A DNA stretch of 63,059 bases, filler included. It is 7 parts of 7 records of this genome, joined end to end, with 100 filler letters (N's around TTAATTAATTAA, not from the genome) between each part and the next. Parts side by side here need not be neighbours in the genome. Positions count along the whole stretch, not along the records: positions 54,428 to 63,059 come from SRR31156797_36602; 6 more parts are not named here. The stretch is one strand, 5' to 3'. The notes under the pieces are model-generated. The model was given only the letters and a program-made list of their open reading frames with translations. It was not told where the DNA came from and ran no database searches. Position numbers and translations under genes: made by a program. This document shows positions 54,428 through 63,059 of this stretch, one piece after another (the first letter of the stretch is position 1; each line of letters begins with the position of its first letter).

Positions 54428-55378
54428 TTCACCATCTACCGGGTGGGTGCCGACCCGGTCAGACAGGCTGGTCCGTTTGGCCTCCCGAATGAGGACGATC
54501 ACACCCCTGCCCTCATTGCCGATCATCTCCATGGCCTCGGACAATTCGCCAGCCTTGCCGGTGCTTTCATCCCCGAGGACGTCCTCCAGCACATTCATTG
54601 CATGCATGCGCACCAGAACCGGGCCACCTTTTGAAATGTCACCCTTGATCAGAGCGATATGTTCAGCATAGGCGACCCGATTGACGTAAACGTACATTTT
54701 GAAGGTACCACCGAAGCGGCTGTTCAATTCCGTCTCGATAGTGCGCTCGACGATTCTGTCGTTGTTCAGACGGTAGGCAATCAGATCCGCGATCGTTCCA
54801 ATCTTTAACCCATGATGCTGGGCAAAACCGATTAAATCCGGAAGCCGGGCCATTGTCCCGTCTTCGTTCATGATCTCGCAGATAACACCGGAAGCGTTCA
54901 ATCCTGCCAAGCGGCTGATATCAACGGCGGCTTCGGTGTGTCCAGCACGGACCAAGACCCCTCCCTCACGAGCTTCCAGCGGAAAAATATGGCCCGGAGT
55001 CACAACATCCTTTTTGCCTTTCGTAGGATCGATGGCGACGGCAACCGTTCGCGCCCTATCGGACGCCGAAATACCCGTCGTCACCCCTTCGCGAGCCTCG
55101 ATAGAAACCGTGAAAGCGGTCTGATGCCGTGATTCGTTTTGCCGCGGCATTGGTGGCAGTTCGAGGTCGCGAATGCGGTCTCCCGTCAGCGCCAGGCAAA
55201 TCAAGCCGCGTCCGTAACGGGCCATGAAATTGACGGCATCGGGCGTAGCCATCTGTGCCGGAACGATCAGATCACCTTCGTTCTCACGGTTCTGATCATC
55301 AATCAGGATAAACATGCGCCCGTTTCGGGCGTCCTCGATGATATCCTCGATGGAAGATAAATAAGCGAGATCGTTCAC
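54428..55378 (-). CDS. ribB: 3,4-dihydroxy-2-butanone-4-phosphate synthase with degenerate GTP cyclohydrolase II domain (3' truncated)
   Basis: [17 protein letters not shown]; the C-domain (VRMHAMN) lacks the Zn-binding cysteines. Confidence 0.92.
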
Positions 55379-55380
55379 GG

Positions 55381-55968
55381 CTATTCCTTTTCAAGAAGCC
55401 GCGCAACATACCGCGCCAGCATATCGATTTCCAGGTTGACCCGCGAACCGACGACCAAGTGGCCCAATGTCGTGACCTCCTGGGTATGGGGGATGACGTT
55501 GACCCCGAAAATAGAGCCCTGTACCTCGTTTACCGTCATCGAAACCCCATCGATGGCGACAGAACATTTGGGTGCCACGAACTTCTTCATCTGATCCGGG
55601 ACGCGAAACTGAAGTCGAACCGATTCGTTTTCCGGCGTTACAGCGACAACCTCGCCGACTCCATCGACATGGCCGGACACGATGTGACCGCCCATTTCGT
55701 CGCCCATGCGCAGGGACCGCTCGAAATTTACCGGCGATCCTTCCTGCCAGTCCCCCATGGTCGTGCAGGAAAGGCTCTCATCCGAGGCGCTGATCGCAAA
55801 CCAGCCGGGTCCCTTGTCGATCACCGTCATGCAAGCACCGGAACAACAGATCGAGGCGCCGATCTCGATTTCCGCAGTATCGTAGGCGGTTTTAAATTCG
55901 AAACGCGTATCACCGGTTCTGACAACGGCACGGACGCGACCAAGATCGCTGACGATTCCTGTGAACAT
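55381..55968 (-). CDS. ribE: Riboflavin synthase (alpha chain)
   Basis: MFTGIV, GGHIVSGHVDG, VNLEID. Confidence 0.95.
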   Translation of the reverse strand: MFTGIVSDLGRVRAVVRTGDTRFEFKTAYDTAEIEIGASICCSGACMTVIDKGPGWFAISASDESLSCTTMGDWQEGSPVNFERSLRMGDEMGGHIVSGHVDGVGEVVAVTPENESVRLQFRVPDQMKKFVAPKCSVAIDGVSMTVNEVQGSIFGVNVIPHTQEVTTLGHLVVGSRVNLEIDMLARYVARLLEKE

Positions 55969-55983
55969 GATTTTTTTCGTTTC

Positions 55984-57108
55984 CTATTCTTCGCGGCGGT
56001 ATTCTTCGTAAAGGTCGGGACCAGCCTTGACGGAACCGCCCCGCACAAATCGAGGCGAATCGGCAAGCCGGGAAAGGCCCAAATCGGCAATGGCGGTTTT
56101 ACCATCGCCCCCGATAATGCCGGGGGCACGGAACCAAGCCAGCCTATCGACCAATCCGGCCTGCAGAAAAGCAGCCGCAATCCTGCCGCCCCCCTCGACC
56201 AACAGCCTGGTGATCCCTTTTCCAGCCAACGCCGCCAACGCGGTCTCGATATCGAGCCGTCCGTCGCTATCCGGCTGCGTTTCTATAACCGTCACGCCGC
56301 GTTTCGTTAAGTCTTCTTTGCGGCTCTTTTCGCAATAAGGAAGCGACAGAATCCAAGTGGGACAATCGGCGGCGGTTTCAACCAGTTGGCTGGTCAGGGG
56401 AATCCTCAGTTTGCTGTCGGCAACGACGCGTATCGGGGTGCGCGACAAAAGTCCCGGAAGCCTGCACGAAAGAGCCGGATCGTCGGCAAGAACGGTACCG
56501 ATACCGACGAGAATGGCATCGTTGCGTGCCCTCAGGCCGTGGCCGATTCGCCGGGCGATGTCGGCGGTAATCCATTGGCTTTCGCCGGTTGAGGTGGCAA
56601 TTCGTCCGTCCAGCGTTGTCGCCGCCTTGAGGATGACCAGGGGCCGATTTTCCTTGATACGCAGGAAAAACCCCGCGTTCAGATCACGCGCCTCGGTCTC
56701 ACGGGTTCCGCAAGCAACATCGATGCCGGCCTCCTCAAGGATGGCAATCCCGCGACCCGATACCCGCGAGTCCGGATCCTGACAGGCGACCACAGCACGC
56801 TTGATTCCGGCATTCACTAGTGCTTCAGCGCAGGGCGGTGTCTTACCATGGTGGGCGCAGGGTTCCAGGCTAACATAGGCGGTAGCGCCTCGGGCTAACT
56901 CGCCGGCTCGGGCCAATGCTTCTGTTTCTGCATGCGGGCGTCCGCCTGGTTGGGTCCAGCCCCGACCAACGATGCGCCAAGCCAAATCCGGCCTGACCAA
57001 AACGCAGCCGACCGCTGGATTTGGCCATACGCTCCCTAGGCCACGCCGGGCCAGGGCCAACGCCGCCGCCATCATCCGATTGTCGATAGAGTCAGTCTTG
57101 TTCGTCAC
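55984..57108 (-). CDS. ribD: Bifunctional riboflavin deaminase/reductase
   Basis: [27 protein letters not shown]. Confidence 0.96.
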   Translation of the reverse strand: MTNKTDSIDNRMMAAALALARRGLGSVWPNPAVGCVLVRPDLAWRIVGRGWTQPGGRPHAETEALARAGELARGATAYVSLEPCAHHGKTPPCAEALVNAGIKRAVVACQDPDSRVSGRGIAILEEAGIDVACGTRETEARDLNAGFFLRIKENRPLVILKAATTLDGRIATSTGESQWITADIARRIGHGLRARNDAILVGIGTVLADDPALSCRLPGLLSRTPIRVVADSKLRIPLTSQLVETAADCPTWILSLPYCEKSRKEDLTKRGVTVIETQPDSDGRLDIETALAALAGKGITRLLVEGGGRIAAAFLQAGLVDRLAWFRAPGIIGGDGKTAIADLGLSRLADSPRFVRGGSVKAGPDLYEEYRREE

Positions 57109-57550
57109 TCAGTTTTCCGACGAAGTCCTCGAAATCCTTGGCTTCACGGAAGTTACGATACACCGACGCGAAGCGGACATACGCCACCTTGTCAAGGTCG
57201 GCCAAATGATCCATGACCATCTCGCCGACGACCTTGGTCGGAATTTCGCTTTCTCCAAGGGTTTCCAAGCGGCGCTGGATACTATTGACGATGCGCTCGA
57301 CACGGTCCTCGTCGACTTGGCGTTTTCGCAGCGCAATGTTAAGAGACCGCGTTAGTTTTTCGCGGTCGAACGGCGCTTTGTCGCCATTTTTCTTGACCAC
57401 CGTCAACTCGCGCAACTGCACCCGCTCGAACGTCGTAAATCGCGATCCGCAATCGGGACAATACCGCCGGCGTCGAATGGCCGCGTTATCCTCGGTCGGG
57501 CGCGAATCCTTTACCTGTGTGTCCGAGTGACCGCAAAACGGGCAGCGCAT
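57092..57550 (-). CDS. nrdR: Transcriptional repressor NrdR
   Basis: MRCPFC...[19 protein letters not shown]. Confidence 0.97.
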   Translation of the reverse strand: MRCPFCGHSDTQVKDSRPTEDNAAIRRRRYCPDCGSRFTTFERVQLRELTVVKKNGDKAPFDREKLTRSLNIALRKRQVDEDRVERIVNSIQRRLETLGESEIPTKVVGEMVMDHLADLDKVAYVRFASVYRNFREAKDFEDFVGKLSDEQD

Positions 57551-57580
57551 CGGTTTACCTCCTCCCCCGGGGGCGACGAA

Positions 57581-58891
<1,311 letters not shown>

Positions 58892-58933
58892 CGGCAATTC
58901 CTCGTTGTCATCTCAATACTTGTTCAAAATCAA

Positions 58934-59380
58934 TCATACCGGATTGGAGAGTTTGTCAACGCGGAGGCCATGACGGCCGCCCTCAAACTCCGTCTCCAGG
59001 AATACACGAAGGCAATCCATCGCAATATCGGGTGCCGTCGTGCGGCCGCCGAATACGACCACATTTGCGTCGTTGTGCAGTCGGCTCATGCGGGCACCAT
59101 AGGCATCATGCACGAGAGCCGCACGGACCTCAGAATGCCGGTTTGCCGCAATACTGATGCCAATACCGCTACCGCAGACAAGGACACCACGACGAACCGA
59201 TCCTTCCCGCAGAACCGCCGCCATGGCATAGCCGAAATCCGGATAATCAACGGAATCCGTGCCGTTGGCAGCACCCAGGTCAAGGACAGTGAATCCCAAA
59301 TCGGCGACCTGCGCGGTAAGAAAAGTTTTAAGTTCATAGCCGGCGTGATCGCTGGCGATGGCAATGGTTTCGGGTGGCAT
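58934..59380 (-). CDS. rpiB: Ribose-5-phosphate isomerase B
   Basis: ASDHAG, VDYPD, CGSGIG, FEGGRH; GGAGG RBS. Confidence 0.95.
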   Translation of the reverse strand: MPPETIAIASDHAGYELKTFLTAQVADLGFTVLDLGAANGTDSVDYPDFGYAMAAVLREGSVRRGVLVCGSGIGISIAANRHSEVRAALVHDAYGARMSRLHNDANVVVFGGRTTAPDIAMDCLRVFLETEFEGGRHGLRVDKLSNPV

Positions 59381-59809
59381 TGTCTTTGGAATCCTCCGGG
59401 GACGAATTTGCCGCCACTTGATACCACATATCGAATCGACCTGCCAAGGCGACACAATGTGTCGCGGCTAACACAAATTGTCGTACTTTCCCTAAGTGGG
59501 CCGGCAAAATGGTACTCATCAAATTCATCTTGCCAATACCCCATCCCGTTTACAGAATTCTCCAAATTTTGAATAATCGAGATTGATAATCCTTCTCATT
59601 TCTAGCCATTTGTTGACAGAGACATGATTATATCCGCTAAAGCCCTGGCGGTATTAAAGCTTTCAAATAAACCACTGGCTCTTTTTATTTCGACAAAATA
59701 ACCGCGCTTTTAAGTTTTATTCTTAACTAAGTTATTTTTTATTGACAGAAAAATGCCGCCATGCAAGTAGTCTGTTGTCACATTGTAAATAGCCATAGGT
59801 CGAAGAGAG

Positions 59810-60259
59810 ATGAGTGAGGAAAACGCTGAATTGATGTCGCGGGAGGAAATCCTTCGGATGTCGGTTGATGTTGTTGCGGCGTATTTGAGCAATAATCAAT
59901 TGCCCGCCGGACAGATTCCCGAGGTGATCGATACCGTTTTTCGTTCCTTGAGCGGATTGGATGGAGCCTCGGCCGAAGCCAAGCCGGAACCGCAAAAGCC
60001 GGCCGTTCCTGTGCGCCGGTCGGTGAATCCCGATTTCATCGTCTGCCTTGAGGATGGAAAGAAACTAAAGATGCTGAAACGGCATCTGAGGACCAATTAC
60101 AACCTGACGCCCGAAGAATACCGGGCGAAATGGAATCTCTCGCCCGATTATCCGATGGTAGCGCCGAATTACGCGAAACAGCGGTCCGAATTCGCCAAGA
60201 AAATCGGTCTTGGCCGGAAACCCGGCGAGAAGCGGCGCAGTCGGAAATCACGCTCCTAA
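59810..60259 (+). CDS. mucR: MucR/Ros-family transcriptional regulator
   Basis: VAAYLSNN, CLEDGKKLKMLKRHL, YPMVAPNY. Confidence 0.93.
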   Translation: MSEENAELMSREEILRMSVDVVAAYLSNNQLPAGQIPEVIDTVFRSLSGLDGASAEAKPEPQKPAVPVRRSVNPDFIVCLEDGKKLKMLKRHLRTNYNLTPEEYRAKWNLSPDYPMVAPNYAKQRSEFAKKIGLGRKPGEKRRSRKSRS

Positions 60260-60287
60260 TAACGCGTCAACGCAATGCAGTTTGCCG

Positions 60288-60321
60288 AACCGCGCCATGG
60301 AAATGGCGCGGTTTTTATTTT
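60288..60321 (+). terminator. Intrinsic terminator after mucR
   Basis: AACCGCGCCAT-GGAA-ATGGCGCGGTTTTTATTTT. Confidence 0.85.
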
Positions 60322-60359
60322 TGCGAAGAAACGAAAACCCGAAGCAACCGGCCGCGTCT

Positions 60360-61067
60360 CTATATTCCGAGATAGGCCTTTTTGACGTCTTCGTTGTCGA
60401 GCAATTTGGCCGCTGTATCGGTTAAGGTGATCCGGCCGTTTTCCATGACATACCCCCGATGAGCGATCTTCAATGCCTGATGGGCGTTCTGTTCGACCAG
60501 GAAAATCGTTGTGCCGTTTTCCTCATTGATCTTTTGGATGATTTCGAAAATCTGGCGAATGATCATCGGAGCCAGACCGAGAGAGGGTTCATCAAGCAGC
60601 AAAACCCTGGGGCGGGCCATAATGGCCCGCGAAATGGCAAGCATTTGCTGTTCGCCGCCCGACAACGTACCGCCGGCCTGATGTCGGCGGTCTGCAAGGA
60701 TCGGGAATAGGCCGAAGACATAATCGATATCGTCATGAATGGCTTTGCGATCGCGGCGCATGAACGCACCCATGTCGAGGTTTTCGGAAACCGTCAGGTC
60801 AGGAAAAATCAGGCGCCCTTCGGGAACCTGGCAGATCCCCATCTCAACAATGCGGTTGGCGGGCAATCCGCGAAGGCTTTGCCCCTCAAGCTGAATATCG
60901 CCTTCCCGTAAGGGAACCATTCCACAGACGGTCATCAGCGTCGTCGTCTTGCCCGCGCCATTTGCACCGATAAGGGTGATGATCTCGCCTTCGTGGACCT
61001 CGATATTGACGGAATGAAGAACCGGGATCTGTCCGTAGCCGGCATGGATATCGAGCAATTTAAGCAT
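60360..61067 (-). CDS. livF: Branched-chain amino acid ABC transporter ATP-binding protein
   Basis: GANGAGKTT, LSGGEQQM, DEPSLGLAP, VEQN. Confidence 0.93.
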   Translation of the reverse strand: MLKLLDIHAGYGQIPVLHSVNIEVHEGEIITLIGANGAGKTTTLMTVCGMVPLREGDIQLEGQSLRGLPANRIVEMGICQVPEGRLIFPDLTVSENLDMGAFMRRDRKAIHDDIDYVFGLFPILADRRHQAGGTLSGGEQQMLAISRAIMARPRVLLLDEPSLGLAPMIIRQIFEIIQKINEENGTTIFLVEQNAHQALKIAHRGYVMENGRITLTDTAAKLLDNEDVKKAYLGI

Positions 61068-61857
61068 CTTCTTCTTCCCCCAGATAGGCGGCAATAACCC
61101 GGGGATTCTTGCTGACCTCGTCGGGTGTGCCCTGGGCGATTTCGATTCCGTATTCGAGAACGAATACCCGGTCCGAGATGCTCATGACCATTTTCATGTC
61201 ATGCTCGATCAAAAGGATCGAAAGATTGTATTTTTTACGTAAGTGGCGAACCAATACCTGTAGTTCCGCGGTTTCCCGTGGGTTCATGCCGGCCGCCGGT
61301 TCGTCAAGAAGCAAAAGGCGCGGCTCGGTCGCCATGGCTCGGGCAATCTCGAGCCGACGTTGGGCCCCATAGGGAAGATTGTTCGCGGTTTCATCGACCA
61401 GCGTTTCCAACCCCACCTCTTGCAACAGCGCATAGCTTATCTCAAGCACCGAATTCTCTTCGGCCCGAGTCGCTGGTGGGCGGAAAACGGCCCCAAATAC
61501 TGCCGACTTGGTCCGACAATGACGCCCGATCATGACGTTTTCGAGTACCGTCATGTTCGGAAACAATCGGATGTTCTGAAAGGTCCGAGCCATGCCCAGT
61601 TCGGTGACCTGATTCGGCTTCAGGCCATTGAGCTTTTTCCTGCCCCCTTCCCTGTCGGCCAAGAATACCTCGCCGGCGGTCGGCACATAGAGGCCTGTAA
61701 TGCAATTGAAGACCGTTGTCTTGCCGGCACCGTTCGGACCGATCAAGGCGACGATCTCGCCAGGCCGAATATCAAAGTTGACATGGTCGACGGCACGCAA
61801 ACCGCCGAAATGCATGGTCAGATCCTTGACGTCGAGGACGGGTTGAAGATCAGTCAT
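61060..61857 (-). CDS. livG: Branched-chain amino acid ABC transporter ATP-binding protein
   Basis: GPNGAGKTT, RTFQNIRLF, LPYGAQRRLEIARA, DEPAAG. Confidence 0.93.
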   Translation of the reverse strand: MTDLQPVLDVKDLTMHFGGLRAVDHVNFDIRPGEIVALIGPNGAGKTTVFNCITGLYVPTAGEVFLADREGGRKKLNGLKPNQVTELGMARTFQNIRLFPNMTVLENVMIGRHCRTKSAVFGAVFRPPATRAEENSVLEISYALLQEVGLETLVDETANNLPYGAQRRLEIARAMATEPRLLLLDEPAAGMNPRETAELQVLVRHLRKKYNLSILLIEHDMKMVMSISDRVFVLEYGIEIAQGTPDEVSKNPRVIAAYLGEEEDA

Positions 61858-63058
61858 GGGCGACCGCCTTTTGCGGATCGCCAGCTATCGTCGGCGATCT
61901 CCCGGGTGGTCCCTCAGCGTCGGCTGTTTTGGGTTTAAGGAACTTGTGACGCAGCCTCTTGTCGCGGATCAGACCCTGCGGCCGGAAAACCATGAACAGC
62001 ACCATGCAGGCGCCAAAGATGATCATTCGGTATTCGGAAAAGGCCCTTAGATGTTCGGGCAGAAGGATGAGTATCAGCGCGCCGCAAATGACGCCCACCG
62101 TCGATCCCATGCCCCCAAGGACGACGATGGACAGGATCATCGCCGATTCCAGGAAGGTGAAGCTGGCCGGATTGATGAAGGTAGTCTTGGCGGCAAATAC
62201 GGTCCCCGCCATCGCCGCCCAGGTTGCGCCAAGGGCAAACGCCAGCAGCTTGGTCTTGGTCTTGTCGATACCCATCGCCTGACAGGCAATCTCGTCCTCG
62301 CGCAAAGCCAGCCAAGCCCTGCCAATGCGCGAATATTTCAGGCGCGTCACCACAAGGATCGTAAATATGACCAGTCCAATCATGATGAAATACATGAACT
62401 GGATGCCACCTCGCATCCCGAATTCAAGACCGAAAAACCCGGGCCTTGGAATATTTGAAATGCCGCTCGGTCCGTGAGTGAAATCACCCCAGTTTTCCAA
62501 GACAAGTCGGATAATTTCACCGAACCCAAGCGTGACGATGGCCAGATAGTCGCCGCGCAGACGCAAAACCGGAAAACCGAGGAGTACACCGACGAAGGTG
62601 CCGAGGACTGCGGCCAGCGGCAGGACAGTCCAGAATCCCAGGCCGTAGTATTCGTGCAGCAATGCATAGGCATAGGCGCCGACCGCATAAAACGCGACAA
62701 ACCCGAGATCCAAAAGACCGGCCAAACCGACGACAATATTCAGGCCCAGTCCCAGCATCACGTATATCAGCGCCGAGATCATAATATTGGTTTGGTACAT
62801 CGAGAACATGAACGGAAAGCTCAGCACAAAAGCCCCGAGCGCCACCAACACCGGATAGCGCACCATCGGGTTGTCAATCAAACTACGCAGTTTGCTTTCG
62901 CGTTCATTCGCCTGCCCCGGATACGTGGGCCGGGCCGAGATATCGCGCTTGGCCATCATGAATCGCCAAACGTAGGACAGAAGGAACGAGCCGATCCCGA
63001 TATATAGAAGGTTTTGCCAACGCCATTCGATTGTCTGTTCGATCGTGTTCACGCGAAT
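61850..63058 (-). CDS. livM: Branched-chain amino acid ABC transporter permease (5' truncated)
   Basis: GLNIVVGLAGLLDLG, RLRGDYLAIVTLGFGEI, VVLGGMG, RPQG. Confidence 0.93.
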   Translation of the reverse strand: MRVNTIEQTIEWRWQNLLYIGIGSFLLSYVWRFMMAKRDISARPTYPGQANERESKLRSLIDNPMVRYPVLVALGAFVLSFPFMFSMYQTNIMISALIYVMLGLGLNIVVGLAGLLDLGFVAFYAVGAYAYALLHEYYGLGFWTVLPLAAVLGTFVGVLLGFPVLRLRGDYLAIVTLGFGEIIRLVLENWGDFTHGPSGISNIPRPGFFGLEFGMRGGIQFMYFIMIGLVIFTILVVTRLKYSRIGRAWLALREDEIACQAMGIDKTKTKLLAFALGATWAAMAGTVFAAKTTFINPASFTFLESAMILSIVVLGGMGSTVGVICGALILILLPEHLRAFSEYRMIIFGACMVLFMVFRPQGLIRDKRLRHKFLKPKTADAEGPPGRSPTIAGDPQKAVAHD

Positions 63059-63059
63059 G

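Noticed and set aside
54428-54760. Degenerate GTP cyclohydrolase II domain on RibB
   Set aside because: This is the known RibBX architecture, common in proteobacteria.
59710-59727. CtrA box upstream of mucR
   Set aside because: The TTAA half-sites are 9 nt apart rather than 7.

Overview
This window is not one locus. It is seven unrelated contigs joined by artificial 100-nt spacers (N44-TTAATTAATTAA-N44). (1) 1-7364, Desulfobacterota-like: glutamate synthase-family 3' end, a KaiC-like/XRE/cupin regulator, an HD protein, an EamA transporter, a holin-like protein, a DUF166 gene split by an in-frame UGA with a SECIS-like hairpin (a probable selenoprotein), a sirtuin, asd and tRNA-Sec. (2) 7465-23812, Vibrio core region from tuf to cysJIH and an rRNA-type promoter; cheX carries an in-frame amber codon and alr is missing after dnaB. 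(3) 23913-30560, Methanosarcinaceae-like: MarR-MATE with a tandem operator, then an operon of three small Rieske proteins, a glutaredoxin, an FTR-like catalytic subunit and a nitroreductase, converging on nifE-nifN. (4) 30661-40795, Methanosarcinaceae-like S10/spc ribosomal protein operon with a long structured leader, galU and iorAB. (5) 40896-47277, Bacteroidota: rarA, an S9 peptidase, a TPR protein, fmt and HU. (6) 47378-54327, Desulfobacterota-like: methyltransferase, ABC substrate-binding protein, an AraC-GyrI/ABC exporter module and an acyl-CoA synthetase. (7) 54428-63059, alphaproteobacterial rpiB-glyA-nrdR-rib cluster, mucR/ros and livMGF. The best candidates for undescribed biology are the archaeal triple-Rieske/Grx/FTR/nitroreductase operon beside nif and the DUF166 UGA-recoded gene. 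Taxonomic and family calls come from motif recognition only; no searches were run.
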